In this document: positions 9,435 through 18,971 of the stretch, piece after piece
Layout: each line of letters begins with the position of its first letter
Position numbering within the stretch: the first letter of the stretch is position 1
Assembly: GCA_964610335.1 (NCBI GenBank)
Contig: CAZSVP010000003.1
Coordinates: 141,531-205,530 of the forward strand
Reading direction: 5' to 3'
Origin: an uncultured Candidatus Saccharibacteria bacterium
Lineage (GTDB): Bacteria; Patescibacteriota; Saccharimonadia; CAILAD01; BJGX01
Length of the DNA: 64,000 bases
The notes under the pieces: model-generated
What the model saw: only the letters and a program-made list of their open reading frames with translations
Database searches by the model: none
What the model was told of the DNA's origin: nothing
Program-made: the position numbers and the translations under genes

Positions 9435-9481
9435 GTTCAAATCTCCATTACAACCCGAAGCCAAAGTGCTAGTATCAAAAG
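9434..9481 (+). repeat. att-like repeat copy c (AGTTCAAATCTCC...CCCGAAGCCAAAGTGCTAGTATCAAAAG), most degenerate
   Basis: Aligns with copy b over about 45 nt with about 70% identity including T-loop-like AGTTCAAATC and CCCG.AGCCA.AGT.CT core. Confidence 0.45.
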
Positions 9482-9539
9482 AAGCCGTCGGAGCTCCTTT
9501 TTGATATACTTTAGTTAACAAATTAAACAAGGAGTAATT

Positions 9540-9830
9540 ATGCCCAAATCAAAATCTAACCCGGATATAGAAATCAACGCCAAAGTAAACAGTACCGAAT
9601 GGAAAGAGTGGGCAAAACAATGCAGCCAGGACAAAGCCAACAAATCGTCACATAGTGCAGCTGGTGCTTCTGGAGGATTATACTTTCTAGGATTTGTGGG
9701 GTCGCTGATTTACTGGATGCAAGCTGCAGGTAACTTTGGGGCTGTCATAACCGGAATACTTAAATCACTAGTGTGGCCCACCTATATAGTTTATAAGTTG
9801 CTCGAAGGTTTTTACGGCGTTGTAAGGTAG
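9540..9830 (+). CDS. small membrane protein, hypothetical
   Basis: Strong RBS AAGGAG 6 nt upstream of ATG; C-terminal hydrophobic segments; near-native GC. Confidence 0.5.
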   Translation: MPKSKSNPDIEINAKVNSTEWKEWAKQCSQDKANKSSHSAAGASGGLYFLGFVGSLIYWMQAAGNFGAVITGILKSLVWPTYIVYKLLEGFYGVVR

Positions 9831-9851
9831 TAGCACAAGAACAATCTACCT

Positions 9852-10712
9852 GTGAAACTTCCAACAAATAGCCATAGTTCAGACCATCCTCAAACCAACC
9901 GCACTTCGCACACCCAGCTACCCGCTGGCGATGAGATAATGCATATCTCCAATGCCGAAGAAAAGCGCGAACTGTTAGCAGAACGACAAAATGTGCATTT
10001 TGTAGACTTCAGTTCTATCAAGGTCATGTATGAAAAGTTTGGTATGGATACCGCAATATTTGATACGCCAGATCTTACGCCTCAATTTATCTTGGATACC
10101 GGCAACAGTCTAACCAATCAGCTAGTAACTACCTTGCTTCAAAAAAAGCTATCAGAGCAAGAAGTACAACTGTTGAAGGATTGCTACAGCTATTTGTCAG
10201 AGCAAGATGAGCCCCAAGCATCAGACTACATCTATGTATTTGGTGCCAAAACACCACTGCGGATTGAAAAAGCCATAGAGCTATACCAGCAAGGTCTAGC
10301 TCCGAAAATAATTGTAAGTGGCCGCGGACCATTCTATGGCACCGAACAAACTACCACTGAAGCTGGCATTTACTCGGCGATTGCTCAAGCTGCAGGTGTG
10401 CCACGGAGCGCCATAATAGTGGAAGATGCGTCGATTACTATACCCGACAATGTGCGTCGAACGCTAAATATGATGGATGCTAACAGTATGCCTTATAGCT
10501 CATTTATACTCGTTAACTCACCATATACTCAGCGACGCGGCTGGTGTGTGTGGAAGAAGCATACGCCTGAAGCAGTCAAACTATATCGCGCTAACTGTGC
10601 AGCTGGAGTTAAGTTTGATAGTGATAACTGGTATCAAAACGAAGATGGATTGAAAGTGGTGCTTGGCGAGTTTGTAAAATTGCGCAATACTATAGCGTTC
10701 AACGATGCTTAA
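9852..10712 (+). CDS. DUF218/YdcF-like (SanA/ElyC family) protein
   Basis: YIYVFGAKTPLRIEKAIELYQQGLAPKIIVSGRG and ...IIVEDASITIPDN match the DUF218 G-x-R-x-A...SGG...E..S.nT pattern; true start may be the internal Met (MHISNAEE). Confidence 0.55.
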   Translation: MKLPTNSHSSDHPQTNRTSHTQLPAGDEIMHISNAEEKRELLAERQNVHFVDFSSIKVMYEKFGMDTAIFDTPDLTPQFILDTGNSLTNQLVTTLLQKKLSEQEVQLLKDCYSYLSEQDEPQASDYIYVFGAKTPLRIEKAIELYQQGLAPKIIVSGRGPFYGTEQTTTEAGIYSAIAQAAGVPRSAIIVEDASITIPDNVRRTLNMMDANSMPYSSFILVNSPYTQRRGWCVWKKHTPEAVKLYRANCAAGVKFDSDNWYQNEDGLKVVLGEFVKLRNTIAFNDA

Positions 10713-11773
10713 AGATTGCCTTTGAAGAATTCAACAATGTGGCTCACTACTACAACTTGATTCTGTGCAAACAAATGATCATTACCTGGAGTAGTAAAGA
10801 AGTCTACTGGTTTGCTAGCTTGACGCAAGGCATCGGTGAGCCGTTGCGAGAAGTTTGGTGGTACCACTCCGTCGTTGGTACTGGTATATACCAGTGATAC
10901 CCCTGTAATGTACTTAACATAATTAATAGCCGATGCACTATCCCAGAAATTTGGGTTTGATTTAGGGTCGCCATACTTGTTGAGTAATTCTTCGCGCTTA
11001 GATTGTACTAGCGAGGGTAAGTCAGACGGTATTGGGCTATTGGGCCAATTGTATAGAATGTCTGAAATCGAACCTACCACACCCGATAGGTAAGCCGTCG
11101 CCTTAATGGCAGGCGAGCTTACTGCAGCTCGCAAACTTACATGTCCACCTAGGCTATGACCAATCATGCCAATACGATTTGGGTTGACCAAGCTGTACTG
11201 TTGCAAACTAGCGACTAGGTTGAGAACATCATAGGCATAGACCGGCGAAAAATGACCACCCTCTGGTGTGCCTTGGCTACTAGCATGACCTCGATAGTCA
11301 GGCTTTATTACCACAAAACCAGCTCGCGCCAACTGCGCCATCAGATTTTGGTAGGTAGGGGAATTGGTTGTTTGATACTCGCTGGGGTTGACGTAGCCAT
11401 GATTGAGTACGATAACTGGCCAACCGCCTATCGGTGCGTTACCGGGCGGCGTGAACATCTGAGCATATTGTTTGAGACCATCAGACGTGTAGGATACTAC
11501 TTGGTTATTATATCCTTCGCTACTACCTAGATTTTGCTCCACCAGGATTTGGCTTGCTTGATAACCACGCGATCTGATAGCTTCAATCTGTATAGGGTCG
11601 AGTTCGGCTTGAACGGGGACAGCTATTTGGGTAGTGGGTAACTCTATAGCTGGTCGACGCGCTGATCTACTAGAGACGAAATACAGTATCAAGCCTGCCA
11701 ACAACACAAAACTCACACTTATCCCTACTAACAATGCAACCTGCCTACTATTGTGCGTTTCTGACATATACAT
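10709..11773 (-). CDS. membrane-anchored alpha/beta hydrolase (S9/dienelactone-hydrolase-like)
   Basis: N-terminal TM helix, GXSXG motif GHSLGG, C-terminal Asp/His candidates. Confidence 0.6.
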   Translation of the reverse strand: MYMSETHNSRQVALLVGISVSFVLLAGLILYFVSSRSARRPAIELPTTQIAVPVQAELDPIQIEAIRSRGYQASQILVEQNLGSSEGYNNQVVSYTSDGLKQYAQMFTPPGNAPIGGWPVIVLNHGYVNPSEYQTTNSPTYQNLMAQLARAGFVVIKPDYRGHASSQGTPEGGHFSPVYAYDVLNLVASLQQYSLVNPNRIGMIGHSLGGHVSLRAAVSSPAIKATAYLSGVVGSISDILYNWPNSPIPSDLPSLVQSKREELLNKYGDPKSNPNFWDSASAINYVKYITGVSLVYTSTNDGVVPPNFSQRLTDALRQASKPVDFFTTPGNDHLFAQNQVVVVSHIVEFFKGNL

Positions 11774-11873
11774 ATCATACTACTGATACACAAGTTTTAA
11801 TAAGCAACCTAGTTTTGACAACCAAAATACTAGTAGTACAATTACTTTATATAAACATAAGGAGTATTAAGAC

Positions 11874-12269
11874 ATGGCAAACAAAGTAACAGGCTGGGTT
11901 GGCTGGGTTGCCTTCGCCGGTGTATATATGGTGATAGCTGGTATCTTCCAGATGATCACTGGTTTTGTAGCACTATTTAAAAACGACATTTACCTAGTTG
12001 GGAAGGAAGCAGTTTGGTTCTTTGACTACTCAACATGGGGCTGGATACACATGCTGCTTGGCCTTGTTGTCCTGCTTGTAGGTTTGGCAGTATTGGCTGG
12101 TCAAACATGGGGGCGAGTAGTAGGTGTACTATTTGTAGCAATTAGTGCTGTGGCAACCTTTGCCTTCTTGCCAATCTACCCAGTTTGGTCAATAGTGCTA
12201 TTGGTGGTCGATGCTCTGGTACTATATGCATTGATCGCTCATGGTGGAGAGATGAAAGAGCTGCAATAG
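11874..12269 (+). CDS. small integral membrane protein (4 TM), hypothetical
   Basis: RBS AAGGAG upstream; four hydrophobic helices rich in W/G/V. Confidence 0.5.
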   Translation: MANKVTGWVGWVAFAGVYMVIAGIFQMITGFVALFKNDIYLVGKEAVWFFDYSTWGWIHMLLGLVVLLVGLAVLAGQTWGRVVGVLFVAISAVATFAFLPIYPVWSIVLLVVDALVLYALIAHGGEMKELQ

Positions 12270-12295
12270 CTTTTCATAGCACTGAACCAGAAAAT

Positions 12296-12320
12296 AGGCC
12301 CTTATACAGGGCCTTTTTTC
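12296..12320 (+). terminator. rho-independent terminator
   Basis: AGGCCC-TTATACA-GGGCCT hairpin followed by TTTTTTC. Confidence 0.7.
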
Positions 12321-12341
12321 TGCTCGCTAGCAAGTAATAAT

Positions 12342-13124
12342 GTGAGGTATAATGTAGTTATGAAATCTATTTGGGATGGTTCGATCAATTTTGGGCTCGT
12401 AAACATACCTGTTCGTATGTACAGTGGCAGCACCAAACACGAGGGCATTGACCTTGCGATGTTACGCCGCTCAGACAAGTCACCAATACGCTATGAGCGA
12501 GTGGCCGAAGCAGATGGTAAGGAAGTAGCATTTGAGGATATTGCCAAAGGCTATGAATACGAAAAAGGCCAGTTTGTTTTGTTGAGTGACGAAGATTTTG
12601 AAAACGCCAACCAGCACAAGGCTCGCAACATCACTATCAAACAGTTTGTTAGCGAGGACGAGATAGACAGTCGCTACTACGACAAACCATACTACCTTGA
12701 GCCTGATGAGCACGCAGCCGATACTTACGCGCTGTTGCGCGATGCACTAGCACAAACCGACAAGATTGCTTTGGCACGCTATGTGTTACACGGTCATGAG
12801 AATATTGCCGCCATTAAACCAGTAGGTAAGCTACTGGTACTAAATCAAATGCGGTTTCCTGCTGATTTGCGTGAACCTAGCGAGCTTGATATACCAAATA
12901 CCAAAGCCGACAAGCCCGAGCTTGCGATGGCTGTGAAACTAATCAATCAGCTAACCAAGCCGTTCATCGCCGAGGATTGGCACGATACCTACACTGAGGA
13001 ATTGCGAGAAACAATTGATCGCAAGGTAAAGAATAAGCCCTCCAAAGCCAAAGGCAAACCACACAGCAAGCCGACTAGTGTCAAGGATTTAGCCCAAGCC
13101 CTAAAACAAAGCTTAAATAAGTAG
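12342..13124 (+). CDS. ku: Ku DNA end-binding protein (NHEJ)
   Basis: N-terminal MKSIWDGSINFGLVNIPVRMYSGS Ku signature; Lys-rich C-terminal tail; alternative start ATG at 12360. Confidence 0.9.
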   Translation: MRYNVVMKSIWDGSINFGLVNIPVRMYSGSTKHEGIDLAMLRRSDKSPIRYERVAEADGKEVAFEDIAKGYEYEKGQFVLLSDEDFENANQHKARNITIKQFVSEDEIDSRYYDKPYYLEPDEHAADTYALLRDALAQTDKIALARYVLHGHENIAAIKPVGKLLVLNQMRFPADLREPSELDIPNTKADKPELAMAVKLINQLTKPFIAEDWHDTYTEELRETIDRKVKNKPSKAKGKPHSKPTSVKDLAQALKQSLNK

Positions 13125-13131
13125 GTAGTAA

Positions 13132-15528
13132 GTGGGACTACGCGACTACTTACGCAAACGAGTATTTAGCAAAACCCCTGAGCCTCGCGGTAAGCACAAC
13201 AGGGGCAATAGCTCAGAGCTGCGGTTTGTTGTACAAAAGCATGCTGCTAGCCACTTACATTATGACTTTCGGCTGGAGCTCGATGGTGTACTTAAAAGCT
13301 GGGCCGTGCCCAAAGGAATTAGTCTCAATCCAAGCGAACACCACCTAGCGATTCAAACCGAAGATCACCCATTAGAGTACATCTCTTTTAAGGGCAAAAT
13401 ACCGGAAGGTAACTATGGTGCCGGTAAAGTAGAGATATACGATCATGGTACATATGAACCTCGCGCCTCGGTAGATGATAATGCCAAGGAAATCCGATCT
13501 GCCCTGCACAATGGTCACCTGACATTTATCCTTCATGGCGATAAGCTGAAGGGTGAGTTTGCACTTATTCGCAATGAACACTTTGCAAAGAATGGTTGGC
13601 TACTGATAAAGAAAGGTGATCAGTATGCCAAGCCACCAGGACCATACTACCTGCCCGACAAAGCCGATATGGATCCCGAAAAAGCCCTTTCGTCCTCGCC
13701 ACGGGTCAAGATGCCATCGCATATCAAACCAATGCTTGCAACACTGGTAGACAAGCCATTTGACGATGCTGGCTGGCTATACGAAGTCAAATGGGATGGC
13801 TATCGTGCACTCGCTTACAAACACAGCGGTAAGGTATCGCTTGAGTCACGCAACCAAAACGACTTTACTAGTTCATATCAAGAGATTACCGCAGCTGTTG
13901 CTAAGCTTAGACATGATGTCGTCTTGGATGGTGAAATGGTTGCAGTTGACAGCAATGGCCACCCGCATTTTGAATGGTTACAGAACTGGCGCACAGCACC
14001 GCAAGGCAAGTTGGTTTATTACGTGTTTGACTTACTATGGTGTGATGGCAAAGATTTACGCAAGCTGCCACTTAGAACTCGCCGATCAATATTGAGTAAC
14101 ATAATCCCCAAGGATTCTATTATCCGGCTTAGTGATGGGGTAGAGAACAAAGGCCTCAAATACTTCGAGCGAGCGGCCAAACTTGGCTTGGAGGGTATAG
14201 TTGCTAAAAGGTTAGATAGCACCTACCAAGAGAACGTTCGTGGTAAAAATTGGTTGAAGATCAAAACCCATATGCGACAAGAAGTTGTGATAGGTGGCTA
14301 CACAGAGCCACGCGGCAGTCGCTCTAGCCTTGGTTCATTATTGGTAGGCGTATATGTAGACAGTAAGTTTGTGTACTGTGGCCATGTCGGAACAGGTATG
14401 GACGAGTCAACACTCCAAGAATTGTATGCCAAATTGAGTAAGATTGAATCAAAATCCATGCCTTTTGATAATGAGCCAAAGTCAAACGAGACAGTACACT
14501 ATATCAAGCCAAAATACGTTTGCGAAGTAAAATTTGCCGAGTGGACTAGCAATGGTACTATGCGCCAGCCAGTTTACTTGGGTCTTAGACCCGACAAGAA
14601 GCCTCAACAAGTAGTTCGCGAGATTCCTACCAAAGCCAAGCAAGAATTTGAGCTTACACACCTCGATAAGGTGTTTTGGCCAGAGGGTAAGTTTACAAAA
14701 GGCGACCTACTAAAATACTACGAAAGTATTGCTGAGACACTGCTACCGTATCTAAACAACCGACCCCAGTCACTTCTGCGTCAACCAGATGGGTACAGAG
14801 GCCAAGCATTTTTCCAAAAAGATATATCGAAATTCGCGCCAGACTGGGCCAAAACTATATCTATTCATTCAGACTCATCAAACAAGGAGGTGGAGTATTT
14901 GATATGCAATGACCTGAAAACTTTGCAGTATATGGTACAGCTAGGCTGTATTGAGATCAATCCGTGGAACTCGCGCACCAAGCACTTGACCAAACCAGAC
15001 TGGGCAGTAGTGGATCTTGATCCTGAAGACATCAGTTTTGAAAAAGTCATTGAAGTCGCCAAGGTCGTACACAAGGTTTGTGAGGAGCTAAAAATTCCAT
15101 GCTACCCAAAAACTTCCGGCAAGACAGGTATCCACATATTTATTCCATTAGACGCAAAGTATAGTTACGATCAAGCCCGCCAGTTTGTTCAACTACTAGT
15201 AACAATTATTCACGAACGCACAAGCAAGATTACCAGTCTAGAGCGTAGTCCAGCGAAGCGCAAACACAAGATATACCTCGACTATTTGCAAAACAGCGAA
15301 GGCCAAACCCTTGCGTCCGCCTACTGTGTACGTCCAACTAAAGCCGCGAGTGTTTCAACACCACTACACTGGGATGAAGTGAGAGTTGGTCTTGACCCCA
15401 CAAAGTTTACTATCAAAACTACAGCAGCTCGTGTTAAGCGTGTAGGTGATCTCTGGAAACCTGTTCTGGGTGATGGAGTTGATTTAAAACAAGTATTGAG
15501 TAATCTAACAGGCATAACCAAGAAGTGA
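13132..15528 (+). CDS. ligD: ATP-dependent DNA ligase LigD (phosphoesterase-ligase-polymerase domains)
   Basis: PE domain (RFVVQKHAASHLHYDFRLE), ligase motif I EVKWDGYRA, C-terminal primase-polymerase domain (KTSGKTGIHIFIPL). Confidence 0.9.
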   Translation: MGLRDYLRKRVFSKTPEPRGKHNRGNSSELRFVVQKHAASHLHYDFRLELDGVLKSWAVPKGISLNPSEHHLAIQTEDHPLEYISFKGKIPEGNYGAGKVEIYDHGTYEPRASVDDNAKEIRSALHNGHLTFILHGDKLKGEFALIRNEHFAKNGWLLIKKGDQYAKPPGPYYLPDKADMDPEKALSSSPRVKMPSHIKPMLATLVDKPFDDAGWLYEVKWDGYRALAYKHSGKVSLESRNQNDFTSSYQEITAAVAKLRHDVVLDGEMVAVDSNGHPHFEWLQNWRTAPQGKLVYYVFDLLWCDGKDLRKLPLRTRRSILSNIIPKDSIIRLSDGVENKGLKYFERAAKLGLEGIVAKRLDSTYQENVRGKNWLKIKTHMRQEVVIGGYTEPRGSRSSLGSLLVGVYVDSKFVYCGHVGTGMDESTLQELYAKLSKIESKSMPFDNEPKSNETVHYIKPKYVCEVKFAEWTSNGTMRQPVYLGLRPDKKPQQVVREIPTKAKQEFELTHLDKVFWPEGKFTKGDLLKYYESIAETLLPYLNNRPQSLLRQPDGYRGQAFFQKDISKFAPDWAKTISIHSDSSNKEVEYLICNDLKTLQYMVQLGCIEINPWNSRTKHLTKPDWAVVDLDPEDISFEKVIEVAKVVHKVCEELKIPCYPKTSGKTGIHIFIPLDAKYSYDQARQFVQLLVTIIHERTSKITSLERSPAKRKHKIYLDYLQNSEGQTLASAYCVRPTKAASVSTPLHWDEVRVGLDPTKFTIKTTAARVKRVGDLWKPVLGDGVDLKQVLSNLTGITKK

Positions 15529-15549
15529 TATTTGCTATAATACTTATGT

Positions 15550-15978
15550 ATGGTAGTAGAAAAACTTCAAACTCCGTCGCGCATAGTATTGAGTGCTGTA
15601 GCTGTGCTGGTAATGCTGCTAAGCTTTTATTTTATTGGTAACCCACTGTTTGCCCGTAAGAATAGTAGTAGCGAAGCACCTCGTCCAGTAGAGGCCCCTA
15701 CAGAACAACAGCAGCAGAATACTACAACTCCTGTCCAACCAAGCCAAATCCAAACCCCAAGCACTAGCCAAACCACGTCGTGTAATACTTCGCAGAAGGC
15801 CGCGTTTACCAGCCAATACAATAGCCAAATTGCGGCTGAGAATAGCCGGCATGATGCGCAGATAGCTTTTCTTAACTCCACTGGCGGCGACACATCTGCC
15901 GAAAACGCTGCCCACAGCGCCAATGTAGCTGCCATCAATGCGCAGTACCAAAGCAACCTACGCTCCATTGGTTGCTAG
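15550..15978 (+). CDS. membrane-anchored Gln/Thr/Ser-rich hypothetical protein
   Basis: N-terminal TM helix then low-complexity QQQQNTTTPVQPSQIQTPSTSQTTS. Confidence 0.4.
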   Translation: MVVEKLQTPSRIVLSAVAVLVMLLSFYFIGNPLFARKNSSSEAPRPVEAPTEQQQQNTTTPVQPSQIQTPSTSQTTSCNTSQKAAFTSQYNSQIAAENSRHDAQIAFLNSTGGDTSAENAAHSANVAAINAQYQSNLRSIGC

Positions 15979-16032
15979 TATTTTTTATACGTAAGCGCTA
16001 TAGTTGTTAGCAAATAATATAGGATTAACATC

Positions 16033-16458
16033 ATGAGAAAAGGTTCAGCAATTGTTATTGTCGTATTAGTTATCGCAGCACTGCTTTTGGCGATCGGTGG
16101 TTGGTGGTTGGTAAACCAACGTAACCGCACTCAAGCGCCTCAAAGTGATGGTAGTATCCAGAATGAAAACAACTCATCTAGTACTAGTGAGAATGGTGGA
16201 GTTACCAATGCTAGTAGTGTCAGTATCGCAAACATGGCATTTTCACCCTCTACTATTACTGTAAAGAAGGGTACTGCAGTTACTTGGACAAACAATGATA
16301 GCACTACCCACAACGTGACAGCTGGTAACAACGGCTTTAGTAGCGGTAGTTTAGCACCAGGCAAAACATTTAGTTTTACTTTTGATAAGGCTGGAAGCTT
16401 TAGCTATACCTGCACCATTCATCCAAGTATGAAGGGCACAGTATTAGTAACTGACTAG
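16033..16458 (+). CDS. cupredoxin (plastocyanin/amicyanin-like blue copper protein), membrane anchored
   Basis: Type-1 Cu ligands H (TTHNV), C-x2-H-x2-M (YTCTIHPSM); N-terminal TM anchor. Confidence 0.7.
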   Translation: MRKGSAIVIVVLVIAALLLAIGGWWLVNQRNRTQAPQSDGSIQNENNSSSTSENGGVTNASSVSIANMAFSPSTITVKKGTAVTWTNNDSTTHNVTAGNNGFSSGSLAPGKTFSFTFDKAGSFSYTCTIHPSMKGTVLVTD

Positions 16459-16466
16459 GAGTAAGT

Positions 16467-17354
16467 ATGAACATAATTGAAACCAAAAAGCTTACGAAAT
16501 TCTACGGCAAAGAACGTGGCATCGAAGATTTGGATATGCAAGTCGCACAGGGTGAGATATTTGGTTTTATAGGTCCAAATGGGGCTGGTAAGTCAACTAC
16601 TATACGAACAATACTGTCAATTATTCACCCTACCAGCGGCTCTGCCACAATCTTTGGACGTGACGTCACCAAGTTTGGACCGGAGATCCGCCAAGAAGTT
16701 GGTTATTTACCATCCGAAGTCTACTACTACGACAATATGAAAGTGATTGATCTACTCCGATACTCAGCAAGTTTTTATAACAAGCCAAAAGATCATACCG
16801 AACACCGTATCAAGGAAATAGCTGATTTACTGCACTTGGATCTGAAGAAGAAAATCGACAACCTCTCATATGGCAACAAGAAAAAGGTTGGAATCGTCCA
16901 AGGCTTACTTCATGAGCCTAAGCTGATTATTCTAGACGAGCCCACTGGAGGACTCGACCCACTAATCCAGCAAAAGTTTTTCAATCTCATACGTGATGAA
17001 AACAAGCGAGGTGCCACCGTGCTGTTTAGCTCGCACATACTCGGTGAGGTACAACGGCTATGCAGCCGGGTAGGGATCATAAAGGACGGTAAGATCATCA
17101 AAATTGAAAAGCTTAGTGAACTAATGCAAAACAGCACTAAGCGATTTAAACTAGTTTCTGTCAAACCAATCAACAAAGAATTGCTTTCAAAAATTAAAGG
17201 CATCAGTGAGCTCACTCAAGACAAAGATGAGGTCAACTTCTTGTTTCGTGGTCACTTAAAAGATGTTACAAAGATTATTGCTGAGCTAGACCTGGTAAAC
17301 CTAGAGGTTACCGAGCCTGACCTGGAAGAAATATTTTTGCACTACTATAAGTAA
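16467..17354 (+). CDS. ABC transporter ATP-binding protein
   Basis: Walker A GPNGAGKST, signature LSYGNKKKV, Walker B ILDEPTGGLD. Confidence 0.85.
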   Translation: MNIIETKKLTKFYGKERGIEDLDMQVAQGEIFGFIGPNGAGKSTTIRTILSIIHPTSGSATIFGRDVTKFGPEIRQEVGYLPSEVYYYDNMKVIDLLRYSASFYNKPKDHTEHRIKEIADLLHLDLKKKIDNLSYGNKKKVGIVQGLLHEPKLIILDEPTGGLDPLIQQKFFNLIRDENKRGATVLFSSHILGEVQRLCSRVGIIKDGKIIKIEKLSELMQNSTKRFKLVSVKPINKELLSKIKGISELTQDKDEVNFLFRGHLKDVTKIIAELDLVNLEVTEPDLEEIFLHYYK

Positions 17355-18151
17355 TGAATATTTTTTGGCAAGAGCTCAAATACTACCGACGTTCGACCAT
17401 AATATGGATAATCACACTATGTGTTGTTACCATGGTTTTCTTATCTATCTACACATCGCTAGCTAGCCAGATAGATAGCTTTCGCGATATTGTTTCCCAC
17501 TATCCGAAAGCATTATTGGAGGCAATAAATTTTAGATTCGAAATATTTTACAGCATCTACGGATACCTCTCTTACATTATGACTTTCATTTGGTTGGCTG
17601 GTGCTATCCAGGCTATGAACCTTGGTTTAGGCGTGATATCCAAAGAAGTCAGTGGCAAAACGGCTGATTTTCTACTTAGCAAGCCAGTAAGCCGAAACAA
17701 AATGCTTTTTCAAAAATTTGCCTCTGCTTTGATACTAATCGTAATAACTAACCTTGTCTTTACGCTTTCAGCAGCCATGAGCGCCAAGCTATTTTCGCCA
17801 AGCAGTTTTAATATGAAGTTATTCTTGCTAGTGTCATTTTCGTTGTTTTTTGTTCAGTTATTCTTCTTGGCGGTTGGCTTTGTAGCGGGCGTGGTTTTGC
17901 CCAAAGTAAAGACAGTTGTCAGTGTAACTCTGCCTGTTGTGTTTGCTCTATTTATCGTGGCATCATTTGGTGCGATAGTGGATAGGCCAGAGGTCTACTA
18001 CGTCACACCATTTAAATACTTTGATGCAACATATATTTTCCAACATGGACATTATGAGCCCAAGTATATGCTGATACTGGCGGGCGTAGTGATAGTGAGT
18101 TTGGTGATCAGTTTTGTCGTGTATAACCGCAAGGATATCCCCCAGCTATGA
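17354..18151 (+). CDS. ABC-2 family permease
   Basis: Six hydrophobic helices, overlaps ATPase stop; ABC-2 exporter topology. Confidence 0.6.
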   Translation: MNIFWQELKYYRRSTIIWIITLCVVTMVFLSIYTSLASQIDSFRDIVSHYPKALLEAINFRFEIFYSIYGYLSYIMTFIWLAGAIQAMNLGLGVISKEVSGKTADFLLSKPVSRNKMLFQKFASALILIVITNLVFTLSAAMSAKLFSPSSFNMKLFLLVSFSLFFVQLFFLAVGFVAGVVLPKVKTVVSVTLPVVFALFIVASFGAIVDRPEVYYVTPFKYFDATYIFQHGHYEPKYMLILAGVVIVSLVISFVVYNRKDIPQL

Positions 18152-18954
18152 AGATGTTTTGGCATGAGCTAAGATCAACTTACAAGGGGCTGTTGGGGTG
18201 GACAGCAGGAATACTGTTTTTTCAGTTGTCAGGGTATTCCAAGTTTGAGGGTTTTAAGGCATCTAGTTCAACCTCGCTCAATGGCATAGCCAATGCTTTC
18301 CCTAAATCCATATTGGTACTTTTTGGTATGAATGACCTCAACTTCGTAACCCTAATTGGGTATTTTGGAATTCTATACGTATTTTTTGCCTTAATGGCTG
18401 CGATCCATGCTGGGCTATTGGGCGCAGGTATAATCTCAAAAGAAGAACGCGATAAAACTTCAGAGTTTTTATACACAAGACCAGTAAGTAGAAACAAGGT
18501 ACTCACGACCAAGCTAGCGGCTGGTCTGGTCAATGTGTTGGTCTTGTTTGTGGTGATTGCCGTTTCCTCAATTGTTGGGGTGGCAATTGTTAATGGCCAC
18601 AACTACGAGCTCACTGGCCAGGTCATAAACCTGATGTGGGGGATATTAATATTTCAAATATTCTTCTTCAGCATGGGAGTAATGTTTGCCGGACTTTTTA
18701 AACGTCCTAAGTTGCCAACCCTGGCCGTCACTGTTGCCATAGTCGGCGCATACTTTGTCTCAGCGCTCTCGCAGCTTAGCGATAGCTTAAATTGGCTGCG
18801 TTTTTTGACCCCGTTTCGCTGGGTAGCCGCGCCAAGTATAATTTACGCAACACATGTGGGCTATGGCTACGTAGCACTAGCAATTGGATTGTCGATATTG
18901 TTTGTTGTACTGGGGTACGTATTCTACAACAAACGAGATCTAACTGTGGCCTAA
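18148..18954 (+). CDS. ABC-2 family permease (paralogue)
   Basis: Similar N-terminus (MxxFWxELR) and topology to preceding permease; ATGA overlap. Confidence 0.6.
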   Translation: MKMFWHELRSTYKGLLGWTAGILFFQLSGYSKFEGFKASSSTSLNGIANAFPKSILVLFGMNDLNFVTLIGYFGILYVFFALMAAIHAGLLGAGIISKEERDKTSEFLYTRPVSRNKVLTTKLAAGLVNVLVLFVVIAVSSIVGVAIVNGHNYELTGQVINLMWGILIFQIFFFSMGVMFAGLFKRPKLPTLAVTVAIVGAYFVSALSQLSDSLNWLRFLTPFRWVAAPSIIYATHVGYGYVALAIGLSILFVVLGYVFYNKRDLTVA

Positions 18955-18971
18955 TCTACCTGTAAGGAAAA

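Noticed and set aside
8401-9830. Minimal CBASS (CD-NTase plus small TM effectors) interpretation of the NTase plus two small membrane ORFs
   Set aside because: The NTase carries the GG.VRD...D.D head plus FT.N.A and RF neck motifs of the CCA/poly(A)-polymerase clade, not the GS...[DE]h[DE] CD-NTase pattern. The third ORF (9540) has native GC and lies outside the repeat-bounded islet.
12342-12359. Ku start at the first ATG (12342) versus MKSIWDG (12360)
   Set aside because: This is unresolved rather than rejected. The Ku-family N-terminus aligns from MKSIW, so the 6 extra residues are probably not translated, but the longer ORF is reported for safety.
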